Of a stretch of 37,590 bases of DNA, positions 1-9,101 are shown piece by piece. Position numbers and translations under genes: made by a program. Position 1 is the stretch's first letter. Each line of letters opens with the position of its first letter. Source of the DNA: Bacteroidales bacterium (GTDB lineage: Bacteria > Bacteroidota > Bacteroidia > Bacteroidales > WCHB1-69); NCBI GenBank assembly GCA_031272415.1, contig JAISTU010000151.1, positions 1 to 37,590 of the forward strand. The letters are read 5' to 3'. The notes below the pieces were generated by a model. The model saw only the letters and a program-made list of their open reading frames with translations, had not been told where the DNA came from and searched no databases.

Positions 1-3000
1 GCATTCCCTACTTCGGCAACAGAATTAAAGACCATATTCATTGTGTTGTTGGAGAAATCCTCGTCAATAGGCAAGCCGAAACGCCCTGATACATAACTGT
101 ATAACAATGTGTCATCGTAAAGCATATTGTCGCCTGCAATATTTATAAAAATAGTGAAATCGTACCTGCCTGCCACCATAATGGGAAAGGCATTGCTCAA
201 TTCAATATTTAAAGTATTACCTGTATTCAAAGTACCACTCTTGATAACCGTGTCTATAGCCATTGCAATAGGTTGTGTAACTTGCAAGTGAATGGTCAAA
301 TTATCTTGCGAAAAATCAAAATTTTGATTCCCTGTGTTAGCAATTTTCAAATTCAATGCTGTGTAGTCAGGCAGACATGTTACATTTCCAAATGAAAGAC
401 CATCTAAAGTGGTGATAGTCAAATTTTTAGCATTGTATGGTATTACATATTCTGTAAAACGAATGTAAGTGGAATCGGTGATTATAATTGAATTGCCTAC
501 TGTATCACTAACTGAAAGAGAATAAATTACCTTACTGCCATAATATTGAGTAGGAATGTGTACCGACCATTTACCGTTGGCAAAACTCATTGGCAAAGAG
601 GTAGAAGTTACGTGCGAACCTACAATGCTTTGTATTTGCAATTGCGGATTAGAGTTGACATATAATGCCCCGCTACCTTCCATGATAACCGCATAAACAT
701 CAAACTCTTGATTATCAATAGTATCTGCAACAAACGGCGTTGTAAACCATGCCAAAGGAGATGCATAAAGTGTCATGCTGATAGTGTCATTCCAATTGAC
801 GGTTTCAGGGACACCGTTTACCATTTCTACCCATACTTTAATTGTTGTAGGTGTTCCGTCATATACAAAATTGCCGACAGTAACATCTTGCATTTCCATG
901 ATACCTAATGAAGGTACGGCAGTCCAAGTAGAACTGCCTTGGTCAATACCATTTTTACTCCATTTGAAAACGGCACTGTTAATATTTGTTTGCCCCATAT
1001 TGACTGCCTGTACTTTAACATAAAACGTTTGATGTATAACTGCTTGTTTTTCAGCAAAATCATTGAGCATTAAATCGGATGGACTTAATTCTACCGTGTA
1101 ACAGCCCAACTGCGTTTTTGCATAACGAGGCATTGCGTCAATATCAACGCTTACTTGTTCATCTTTATTACAAATCAATGCATCATCATATTGCATTTTT
1201 AAAGAAGAAGTAACATCGTTGAAAACGGGTAAAAATCTTACTGAATTTTTATCGGAAGTAACCGTTGTTTGCCATGCTGCGATGGATGTTTTTGCATTTT
1301 GTGCCCATCCTACATTTGTTGGTGCATACATATTGTTATCATCTATATCCCATTGACCGAGATAAGTAATTCCCGACAAATAGATAGGATAAGCCCCCGT
1401 GCCGGTCATAACAATATTGTTGTATTTAAAAATTAAAATATTTGCCGCATTATTAGCAATTTGTACGCCTCTTGGATTACCTGCTGTTGTACCTTCCACA
1501 TAAATAGAATTAAACAAAAATTTACCTTTTGCAGAGGCAATATTCATACCTTGATAATTGCCTGTTGTTCTGACGCGAACTTCATTGTTGATTATCAATG
1601 GTGTGTCAGTAGTATAAGTATTCCAAGAAGTAAAATACATACCTGTTGGACTGGTAATTGCTGTACTGCGTTGTTGAACACGATTGCCAATTATATCTCC
1701 TAATCCATAACCGAGATATAAACCATACCAACTTGTAGTTGTATTGGCGGTGCGACTTAAAACAGTATTATGCCTAACTGCTCCGTCTGAATAAGTGAAA
1801 TATACGCTGTATGAATAGGCATGAGTTACCGTATTGCTGTCAAAAACAATGTCTTTACCACGAGTAAGCGTCCCTGTACCTCCTGCAAAGTTAAAGCCGT
1901 AAGTTCCACCTCTAATAGTGTTTTTGATAAATGAAATATTGCTAACCACACCTGCGCTGCTTGCCTTATAAATGGGCATTATTGCAGCCGTGGAGACAGT
2001 ATCTGCCAAAATTTTGCATTCCCTAACCACTACATTTGTACAAGCACCTGTAAAGTTGATGCCGTAAGTATTAGCCGTTGTATTAGGAAGACGAACCGTT
2101 ATATTGCGGATGATAATATTATCGCTGTATGAAAGCGTAATACCGCTACCTGAATTGCAAATAATGGTAGCACTATCTGCATCCGTCGCCGCAGAAGTTA
2201 ATGTGAGTGAATATCCATTTAATACATTGTTAATGAATGCTAAATTAACATTTTCAGTATAAGAGCCTGTTTGCAATTCAAAAACAACATCTCCGACCGC
2301 CTGACATTGTTTTAATGCCAACACCGCATCGGCAATAGTAGCATAAACACCACTTGTACCAATAGTATAAGTACCACTAAACCCTGACGGACAAACCAAT
2401 GCCGTTTTTACAATCGTATCGTTGAGATGATTATTGTCCGTCAATATTCCCAAAGAGCCGATATTTACTTTCAATGTCAAATTACCTGTTACAAAATTGA
2501 TACCTCCAATGGTTATGGTATCGACACCGCCTGAAAGTAAAGTCCCGTTCCATGTAAAAGGAGTTTGAGCAACATTATTGACTTCCCAATCAAAGGTGAT
2601 TTCATTAACGGTGGTCGTACCTGTATTGACAACGATTACTTTTATTGGTTCTGATTGTGCATTGTAATACAAATTGTTCCAGTTAAGAATATCTGCTACA
2701 AAAACATCAACCCCAGAGGCAGAATTTAAACCGTGATAGCAACCCATACTTGTTACGGTAGAGCGGCTATTTCCCTCCATATCAAAGGGAACTGCTGCCA
2801 ATGAAGGGGTAGCAAAACCTGCGTAATTTGCCAATTCTAAATTTACAGTTGTATCCACAAAATCAGGCAAAATGCTTACCGAATGCAAGTCAGTGGCGAC
2901 CACACTTTGCCAATCGGCTATAGATGTATAATGTACGCCACCAATGTAGCCCACATCTGCGGTGCTATTAAGATTGTTGTAATCAAAAATGCAAGAACTG

Positions 3001-6000
3001 AGTATTGCTACCGAGCCCAGCCAAATAGGGGTTGCTTGTGCTGTATAAGTACATGGAATATAGAAATTGTTGTGCCGACAATCCAAAAATCCACTTTGAG
3101 GAGCCGCAAAAACAATGCCTTCACCTCTATATCCTTTTATATAAACCGAATTATGGAAAAAGCGAACAACACCGTCGCTAAAATCAAATCCTATTCCTAT
3201 CCCTGTGCCGGAGGGAGTTAATTTGATTTCATTGTTGGCAACTAATAAGGTATCTGTATAAGTTGCTTTAACGGCAGTAGGTTGTGCAGTCGCAGCAGTA
3301 CCTTGCCATACACGATTGCCGATAATTGAGCCTCTTGTATAACAGCAAAGAATACCTCCCCACGTCTGGTATGGTGCAAAAGTATTACTGCTTTTGATAG
3401 TATTGTAAGATAAACTGCCAAATGTTGCACGATAAATATAAATACCAAAATTATATGAATTGAGAATCGTGTTGGAGTCAATAATCATATAAGACCATGT
3501 ATTGCCTGTGCCTGCATAAAAATCTATCCCTGACGTGTTACCCTCCAACAGATTGTTGATGATAAATATGCTATCCGAAAATGTAGAATTGTCGGGATTT
3601 TTGATACATGCGCCTGATGTTTGCCCACGTGTAGCAGTAGTGGTCAGATTGCCCAAAATATGACAATCTCTTATTGTTACATCTCTGCAAGCATCTTTGA
3701 AGAAAATACCGTTAGAATTGTTATCGCCATCACTGACATCTATAGTTAATGCACTGATACAGAGGTTATTGCTGTTTCGTAACAAAATACCTGTTGTGTA
3801 ATCATGAATTGTTGCACTATCGGCATTATTTGCTTTGGAAGTTAATGTTAACCGATAGCCATTCATATAGTCGGACATATTGGTCATATCTACACTTTCG
3901 TTATACAATCCCGACTGTAATTTTAAAGCAATATCTCCGCTTACACCACAAACTTTAATGGCGGACAAGGCGTTGGCTATGCTTGGAAAATCAGCATTTG
4001 CATTGCCGATGGTGTAATCGCCGTTAAAAGAAGCATTGCAAATATATCCTGTTACAGTAAGAGTGTCATTTTTCAGATTGTCATCTATCTGACCAGATGA
4101 CAATGCACTGATATAGACTTCTATTTTTAGATTTCCTACCACATAATTGATTGTCCCTAAGGTAATTGTATCAAAATTTCCTGCGGGCATGTTTTTGTGT
4201 ACAACTGTTGGTTGAGATACACCATTGATTTTCCAATTGATAACAACAGTATCTAATGTATTGGCACCGTTATTAAATAAAAGTACTCTGACGTTGTCGC
4301 TTTGCCCTACAATGTGTCCGTCTCGCCAATCAATAATACCCACCAATGAGGCATCTGTATTGCTTCCGCTGTGGTAACAGCCTGCATTGGTCATGGCGGC
4401 ACGACTTTTATTTTCTATATCTACCGGAACTTCCGCCAAATAATGATGTATGCGTCCATTCGACTGTAAAACACTGTAATTGGTTAATTTTAAACTATTT
4501 GGCACATCTACAAAAGCAGGCAAAACGCTGTAAGAATTGTGGTCGGTAGGAACAATCGCTTGCCAATCACTTATGGAAGACACTGCCGCCGCTGCATAAC
4601 CTGCATAATTAGGCGAATACAAATTGTTGGCATCTATATCCCACATAGACAAACCTGTCAAACTATTAATATATATCGGATATGCTTGTTCGGACGGTAT
4701 TACAATATTGTTATATTTCACCGTTACAGGATTGGCAATGTTAAATATCCGTATGCCATAACCTAAACTTGAGCCGATATAAATAGAATTGTACAAAACT
4801 TTGACATTGGCATACGAAAGAAGGTCTATCCCTGCCGAACCGCTTGCATTGCTGAAAATAATTTCATTATTGGCAACCAAACCTGTATCAGTACGATTAA
4901 AATAGGATAACCTTAATCCTGTTGGTCCGCCGATAGCAGAGGAACGCTGTTGTATGCGGTTGCCGATAATCCTTCCACTACAATATTCGCTATAAAAACC
5001 AAACCATTGGGTAGTGGTATTCGCAGTACGACTTAAAATAGTATTATAAGACAAACTTGTAAAATCGGTGTATAAACTCAGCAGGCTGTAAAGATAAGCA
5101 TTTGTAATCGTATTGCTATCAATAACAGTACCTCCTGCATAGGCGGTAGTGTTTAATCCTCCTTGAAAATAAATTCCTGAATAACCGCCATCTACAACGT
5201 TGTGAATAATAGATACATTGGTAGCCAATCCTGTTGTTTCTTTGTTAATACCTTTGACAGAGGCTGTTGTTGTTGTCGGATTAACATATATTTTGCAATC
5301 TCTGATTAAAATATTATTGACTGCACCTGTAAAATTTATTCCATATCGGGTAGCGGTACCTGTACTTGCATTGATTGTCAATGCACGGATGGAAATATTA
5401 TCGCTATTTTTGAGTGTAAAGCCGGCACCTGTTGCAGGCAATATTATTACACTGTCAGCATCGTTGGCAGCAGAAATAAAAGTTAATGAATAACCACACA
5501 AATAATCGTTAATATTGGTCAAATCTACATTTTCTGCATACGAGCCGGAGGCTATATTCAAAGTAACATCTCCAATCATTCCGCAGGAAACAATAGCAGC
5601 CAAAGCATCATTGATAGTTGCATAAGTATTCCCCACACCTACGGATACTATTCCACTCAATGGAGTAATACATGTATAAAATGAATCCGAAAGCGTATCA
5701 TCAAAAGAATTATTGTCGGTAAGAGTGCCTCCGATATTGTCAACCCACACTTTAATATCTTGATTACCAGATACATACTGAAATTCTCCAATAATAATCG
5801 TATCATTGCTGCCCACAGGGAGTGTGCCTGTCCATATTTTGTGTGTTTTGATTGTGCCATTGATAGACCAATGAAGTTCTATATCCGTAAGGGTTGTATT
5901 ACCTGTATTGAGAACGACTGCTTTCAGCGTGTCCGTTTGTCCTGCTGCTGTTCCTATTGGTCGCCAGCCGAAAATATAAATCAATGACGCATTTGCACTT

Positions 6001-8597
6001 TGTGCCGCTATATGATAGCACCCTGTTGTTGTTATATTTTGTCGCAAATTGCCGTTTATATCCACAGGAACATCTGCATCTACAGACGCCCAAAAACCGG
6101 TGTAATCAGACTGCTGTAAATCTTGCGAAATATCTATAAACGAAGGCAATAACCTAAAAGATGTCCTATCTGTGGTTATCGTTGACCTGAAACTATAAAA
6201 CGTTGTATGTTCGGTAGTGCTTGTATATCCAATCACCGTAGGAGCATATAAATTGTTATGGTCTATATCATAACCGCTTACACTTGCAGAAATACTTAAC
6301 GGATATGCATATTGCCCCGCCATCACTATATTGTTATATTTGATAACATAACTGTAACCACTGCCAACTACATATATTCCGACAGGGTGATAAGTTGAAA
6401 CAGTCTGTACTCCACGCAAATAAATACTGTTATTTAATATTTTTGCATTAGAATATTGGATAGAAAGTCCATAAGATGTCGCCGTTCCGTAAAGTATCAA
6501 TTCATTATTGGCAATCACAGCCTCAGATACATATCTGTTGTGATATTCTGTATAAATACCTGTCGGTTGCGTAATATTGGTCGTATCCAATTGATAAAAT
6601 CGATTGCCGATGATGTCTCCTACACAAGACGAAAATTGCAATGGTTTCCATGCAGCAGGCGACCCGATAGTACGGCTATAAAAAATATTGCTTGCACAAC
6701 TGCTCAAATTCGTATTGACAAACATAGCACCGCTCTCATAACCTGTATGAATCGTATTGCTGTCAAAAACAATATTTGTGGCTGTGGTACCATCAAAGAA
6801 ATACACAGGAGCATAGCCACCATCAAAAATATTGTGTATCAAAGAAATAGCATTCAAAGACGCAGTTCCCGCTTTAAATACACCTCTTGATTGTGTACTT
6901 GCTCCGCTTGCAGAATTTGCCAATATATGACAATCTCTAACCACAATATCAGAGCATGTACCCTCAAATAAAATCCCCGCATTGTTGACTGCACCGCTAA
7001 CATCTATGGTCAAAAATTTTACTTCAATATTGTTACTATTGTAAAATCTAACTCCTACCACATTGTTGGTCAAAATAACGCTGTCGGCATTGTTAGCAAA
7101 TGAGGTCAAAGTCAATTTGTGTCCCATCATTAATTCAGAAACTCCCTCTAAATCAATACTTTGTGTGTAATTGCCCGATAAAAAATTCAAATTTATATCG
7201 CCTGATATGGTAATATAATTGAGTGTATTTTTAAATTGTTGCCAATTAGAGAAATAGCCGCCTGTTCCAACGGTATAATCTCCACTCAATCCGGTAACAC
7301 TACTATAAACAACAATCTTAATGGTGTCGTCATTTAATACATTGTCGGTTACACTATTAGGCGAACTTACGTAAGCAATAATTGTGTCAAAGTTGTCGGT
7401 TCGAGGCGTATAATTTCCCAAAGTAACGGTATCGCTCAACTCCCACGAGAGATTGTTTGACCAATTGATTTGAGGTTGTGTAACACCATTAACCGTCCAT
7501 TTGATAACGGCAGAGGTCAGATTGGCTAAACCTTTATTGCGTAAAACCACTTTTACAGGAGTAGAAACACCGCTAAAAGTACCTTTAAGAGAAGGTGAAA
7601 CAAAATTTTCCAATGCCACCGAATGCGTATCATAAACGATAGCAGAATTGAGTGCAACAGTATAATTTGCTATCGCTGTAGCCATATTTCCATTGCCATC
7701 TATCCCTGTAACAGAGTAGGATACATTTGTTCCGAGTGCAACTTGTGGCAAAGTGGCTCTCCATAATGTGTCGCCCCCTAAATTGTCCATTAAAACCGAG
7801 TCAATATGTGTAATGCTGTTGTAATCTGTCCTATATTTGAGATAGGGAGGTACAATGGCAGCAACAGTATTGCTTTTCACTTTGGCGGTAACGGCAACAG
7901 TTTTTCCACTATAAACCGTATCTTGCGGAAAGGGAGCAATAAATGCAACTTCCGGCGGCACAATTTCGCCTGTAGAGCAGGTCAATTCAAAATTATCAAT
8001 CAACCAACCGTAATTGATTTGTGTGCCGTTGATAGTTCCACGTTTGAGCCGAAATCGAAATTGAACTGAATTATCATATCCGACCTCGTAACTGACATCA
8101 AAAAACTCACTCTTCCACCACGATTGTTGTGGCATCATAAGGCTGTCCGCAGACTGCCATTCGACGTATGAAGTAGCGTTGAACCCCCTCAAAGCATAAT
8201 TGCTCGCCGAGCCTTTGTAACTGCTTGTCGGCAAGGGTGTCCAATCCGATGTGCTTGACATCTTGTACTCAACCAATATCGAATCCATTTGAGATACTTT
8301 GCATATATGCTTAAATTGCAATGCAACATAAGCAAAGTCGGTCAAATCGTACACAGGTGAGACAAGAATAATCTCGTCTCCGAGTACATTCGGTACTTCA
8401 GCCCAATAAGAATAAGGTGGCGTTGCGTAATAGTTGCCATTTGCCACCCAACTTTGGGCAGGTGATGTTGTAAATGAAACTGTATTACCGTCAAAATTTT
8501 CGGTAAAAGTCGTTCTTGCTACTTGGGCGAAGCCTGTCATAAGGCTCAAAATCATGCCCACTAAAATAATTGCTAAATGTTTACTTTTTTTAAGCAT
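1..8597 (-). CDS. Giant secreted/cell-surface protein, 3'-partial (C-terminus lies beyond the window start). It has a signal peptide, an N-terminal lectin/MAM-like head, then repeated parallel beta-helix (PbH1-like) and CARDB/Ig-like domains. Probably an adhesin and possibly T9SS cargo.
   Basis: Not in the supplied ORF track, which seems to list only ORFs closed inside the window. The minus-strand ATG at 8597-8595 gives MLKKSKHLAIILVGMILSLMTGFAQ (signal peptide). My hand translation stays open for 2865 codons to the window edge. Spot checks of plus-strand triplets starting at positions divisible by 3 found no TTA/CTA/TCA, and no listed minus ORF uses this frame. The protein is N/G/T/S/I/Y-rich, with beta-helix-type repeats (IIGNR, KYNNIV, DIDxNNLY) and CARDB-like segments ending in DNNxxNDT. 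Confidence 0.85.
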   Translation of the reverse strand, partial: MLKKSKHLAIILVGMILSLMTGFAQVARTTFTENFDGNTVSFTTSPAQSWVANGNYYATPPYSYWAEVPNVLGDEIILVSPVYDLTDFAYVALQFKHICKVSQMDSILVEYKMSSTSDWTPLPTSSYKGSASNYALRGFNATSYVEWQSADSLMMPQQSWWKSEFFDVSYEVGYDNSVQFRFRLKRGTINGTQINYGWLIDNFELTCSTGEIVPPEVAFIAPFPQDTVYSGKTVAVTAKVKSNTVAAIVPPYLKYRTDYNSITHIDSVLMDNLGGDTLWRATLPQVALGTNVSYSVTGIDGNGNMATAIANYTVALNSAIVYDTHSVALENFVSPSLKGTFSGVSTPVKVVLRNKGLANLTSAVIKWTVNGVTQPQINWSNNLSWELSDTVTLGNYTPRTDNFDTIIAYVSSPNSVTDNVLNDDTIKIVVYSSVTGLSGDYTVGTGGYFSNWQQFKNTLNYITISGDINLNFLSGNYTQSIDLEGVSELMMGHKLTLTSFANNADSVILTNNVVGVRFYNSNNIEVKFLTIDVSGAVNNAGILFEGTCSDIVVRDCHILANSASGASTQSRGVFKAGTASLNAISLIHNIFDGGYAPVYFFDGTTATNIVFDSNTIHTGYESGAMFVNTNLSSCASNIFYSRTIGSPAAWKPLQFSSCVGDIIGNRFYQLDTTNITQPTGIYTEYHNRYVSEAVIANNELILYGTATSYGLSIQYSNAKILNNSIYLRGVQTVSTYHPVGIYVVGSGYSYVIKYNNIVMAGQYAYPLSISASVSGYDIDHNNLYAPTVIGYTSTTEHTTFYSFRSTITTDRTSFRLLPSFIDISQDLQQSDYTGFWASVDADVPVDINGNLRQNITTTGCYHIAAQSANASLIYIFGWRPIGTAAGQTDTLKAVVLNTGNTTLTDIELHWSINGTIKTHKIWTGTLPVGSNDTIIIGEFQYVSGNQDIKVWVDNIGGTLTDNNSFDDTLSDSFYTCITPLSGIVSVGVGNTYATINDALAAIVSCGMIGDVTLNIASGSYAENVDLTNINDYLCGYSLTFISAANDADSVIILPATGAGFTLKNSDNISIRALTINASTGTATRYGINFTGAVNNILIRDCKIYVNPTTTTASVKGINKETTGLATNVSIIHNVVDGGYSGIYFQGGLNTTAYAGGTVIDSNTITNAYLYSLLSLYTDFTSLSYNTILSRTANTTTQWFGFYSEYCSGRIIGNRIQQRSSAIGGPTGLRLSYFNRTDTGLVANNEIIFSNASGSAGIDLLSYANVKVLYNSIYIGSSLGYGIRIFNIANPVTVKYNNIVIPSEQAYPIYINSLTGLSMWDIDANNLYSPNYAGYAAAAVSSISDWQAIVPTDHNSYSVLPAFVDVPNSLKLTNYSVLQSNGRIHHYLAEVPVDIENKSRAAMTNAGCYHSGSNTDASLVGIIDWRDGHIVGQSDNVRVLLFNNGANTLDTVVINWKINGVSQPTVVHKNMPAGNFDTITLGTINYVVGNLKIEVYISALSSGQIDDNLKNDTLTVTGYICNASFNGDYTIGNANADFPSIANALSAIKVCGVSGDIALKLQSGLYNESVDMTNMSDYMNGYRLTLTSKANNADSATIHDYTTGILLRNSNNLCISALTIDVSDGDNNSNGIFFKDACRDVTIRDCHILGNLTTTATRGQTSGACIKNPDNSTFSDSIFIINNLLEGNTSGIDFYAGTGNTWSYMIIDSNTILNSYNFGIYIYRATFGSLSYNTIKSSNTFAPYQTWGGILCCYTRGSIIGNRVWQGTAATAQPTAVKATYTDTLLVANNEIKLTPSGTGIGIGFDFSDGVVRFFHNSVYIKGYRGEGIVFAAPQSGFLDCRHNNFYIPCTYTAQATPIWLGSVAILSSCIFDYNNLNSTADVGYIGGVHYTSIADWQSVVATDLHSVSILPDFVDTTVNLELANYAGFATPSLAAVPFDMEGNSRSTVTSMGCYHGLNSASGVDVFVADILNWNNLYYNAQSEPIKVIVVNTGTTTVNEITFDWEVNNVAQTPFTWNGTLLSGGVDTITIGGINFVTGNLTLKVNIGSLGILTDNNHLNDTIVKTALVCPSGFSGTYTIGTSGVYATIADAVLALKQCQAVGDVVFELQTGSYTENVNLAFINNVLNGYSLTLTSAATDADSATIICNSGSGITLSYSDNIIIRNITVRLPNTTANTYGINFTGACTNVVVRECKILADTVSTAAIMPIYKASSAGVVSNISFIKNTIRGGTYGFNFAGGTGTLTRGKDIVFDSNTVTHAYSYSVYFTYSDGAVRHNTVLSRTANTTTSWYGLYLGYGLGDIIGNRVQQRSTAITSPTGMYFTSWNTYTTDTPLIINNEVRVRTTGNYQGMNIASAKGKFLFNSIYVEGTTAGNPRGVQIANNAANILIFKYNNIVMTGTGAYPIYLSGITYLGQWDIDDNNMYAPTNVGWAQNAKTSIAAWQTTVTSDKNSVRFLPVFNDVTSSLKMQYDDALICNKDEQVSVDIDAMPRYAKTQLGCYTVELSPSDLMLNDFAEKQAVIHQTFYVKVQAVNMGQTNINSAVFKWSKNGIDQGSSTWTAVPSLGIMEMQDVTVGNFVYDGTPTTIKVWVEMVNGVPETVNWNDTISMTLYASPLAWFTTPFVADTIDNQEFDVYAVIMEGSGALYVNSNPQLQIQSIVGSHVTSTSLPMSFANGKWSVHIPTQYYGSKVIYSLSVSDTVGNSIIITDSTYIRFTEYVIPYNAKNLTITTLDGLSFGNVTCLPDYTALNLKIANTGNQNFDFSQDNLTIHLQVTQPIAMAIDTVIKSGTLNTGNTLNIELSNAFPIMVAGRYDFTIFINIAGDNMLYDDTLLYSYVSGRFGLPIDEDFSNNTMNMVFNSVAEVGN
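750..7290 (-). repeat. Four tandem, diverged coding modules of about 1.63 kb (about 545 aa) inside the giant ORF
   Basis: Module-start motifs recur at about 7290 (SGDYTVGTGGYFSNWQQFKNTL), 5665 (SGIVSVGVGNTYATINDALAAI), 4030 (FNGDYTIGNANADFPSIANALSAI) and 2390 (FSGTYTIGTSGVYATIADAVLAL). Each is followed in the same order by GYxLTxxSxxxDADS, IIGNR, KYNNIV, DIDxNN(L/M)Y, GCYH and a CARDB-like domain. Boundaries are approximate. Confidence 0.7.
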
Positions 8598-8702
8598 CTT
8601 TACAAAATTTATTTATATATTGTTAAAATTAAAATTACAAAACAAAATTCGATTGATTTTTTACACCAACCGAATAGATATATTGAATTGATATACAGAG
8701 AA

Positions 8703-9008
8703 TTACCTCCACCCATGCTTTGTGGATTTAAATTCATACTTTTGTGTAGAAATGGCATGATGCCGTTTTGTCCCAATGTGGATACAACATCTCTGTCTTC
8801 TCCCTTGAAGAGGAAGCGACAAAATGCACGTAACTGCTTGATAATCAGTACATTGGGGGGGGGGTAAATGCTTGATAATCAGACAATTATGCAACGGTTG
8901 CCGATTTTTAAGTGTAGCAACAACCGCCTCGCCAAAATTTGTGCTATTGAGTTGATTTTCCAAAGCACGTTTGCAAGTGTTTATAAATGTCTGTATGATA
9001 TTTCTCAT
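8703..9008 (-). CDS. Hypothetical 101-codon leader ORF that reads through a C10 tract. It may be a regulatory uORF or a gene remnant.
   Basis: ATG at 9008 lies about 43 nt downstream of a canonical -7 box (9051-9058). The first 48 codons look protein-like (MRNIIQTFINTCKRALENQL...). After the CCC CCC CCC codons the sequence looks low-quality. I recognised no homology. Confidence 0.25.
   Translation of the reverse strand: MRNIIQTFINTCKRALENQLNSTNFGEAVVATLKNRQPLHNCLIIKHLPPPQCTDYQAVTCILSLPLQGRRQRCCIHIGTKRHHAISTQKYEFKSTKHGWR
8835..8882. repeat. G10 homopolymer (8855-8864) flanked by perfect 14-bp direct repeats TGCTTGATAATCAG (8835-8848 and 8869-8882)
   Basis: Read directly: ctgcttgataatcagtacattggggggggggtaaatgcttgataatcag. 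It is the longest G/C homopolymer I saw in the window. Confidence 0.95.
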
Positions 9009-9050
9009 TTTTTTATCAAGTTTATAAAATTAAGATTTTTTACTGCTTTA

Positions 9051-9058
9051 CAAAGATA
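9051..9058 (-). promoter_or_regulatory. Bacteroidota-type -7 box (TATCTTTG on the minus strand). It is the only canonical box upstream of the leader ORF and the giant gene.
   Basis: The plus strand reads caaagata inside ctttacaaagatacac, the same core as the other promoter copies in this window. I found no other CAAAnnTA match between 8598 and 9050. Confidence 0.5.
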
Positions 9059-9101
9059 CACAATTTTTTGAGTTAAAAGTTAAAAAATAAAAGTTGGCTT
9101 T

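Noticed and set aside
708-8691. About 20 plus-strand ORFs (60-144 aa) and three minus-strand ORFs (3242-3481, 5657-5860, 5899-6093) listed in the track
   Set aside because: All lie antisense to, or out of frame with, the continuous 2865-codon minus-strand ORF. Their translations are Cys/Arg/Ile-rich, low-complexity and non-protein-like.
8868-9071. A plus-strand 67-aa ORF and other small ORFs in the pepT/adhesin intergenic region
   Set aside because: They have no promoter box in the plus orientation, their sequence is junk-like, and they overlap the better-supported minus-strand leader ORF.
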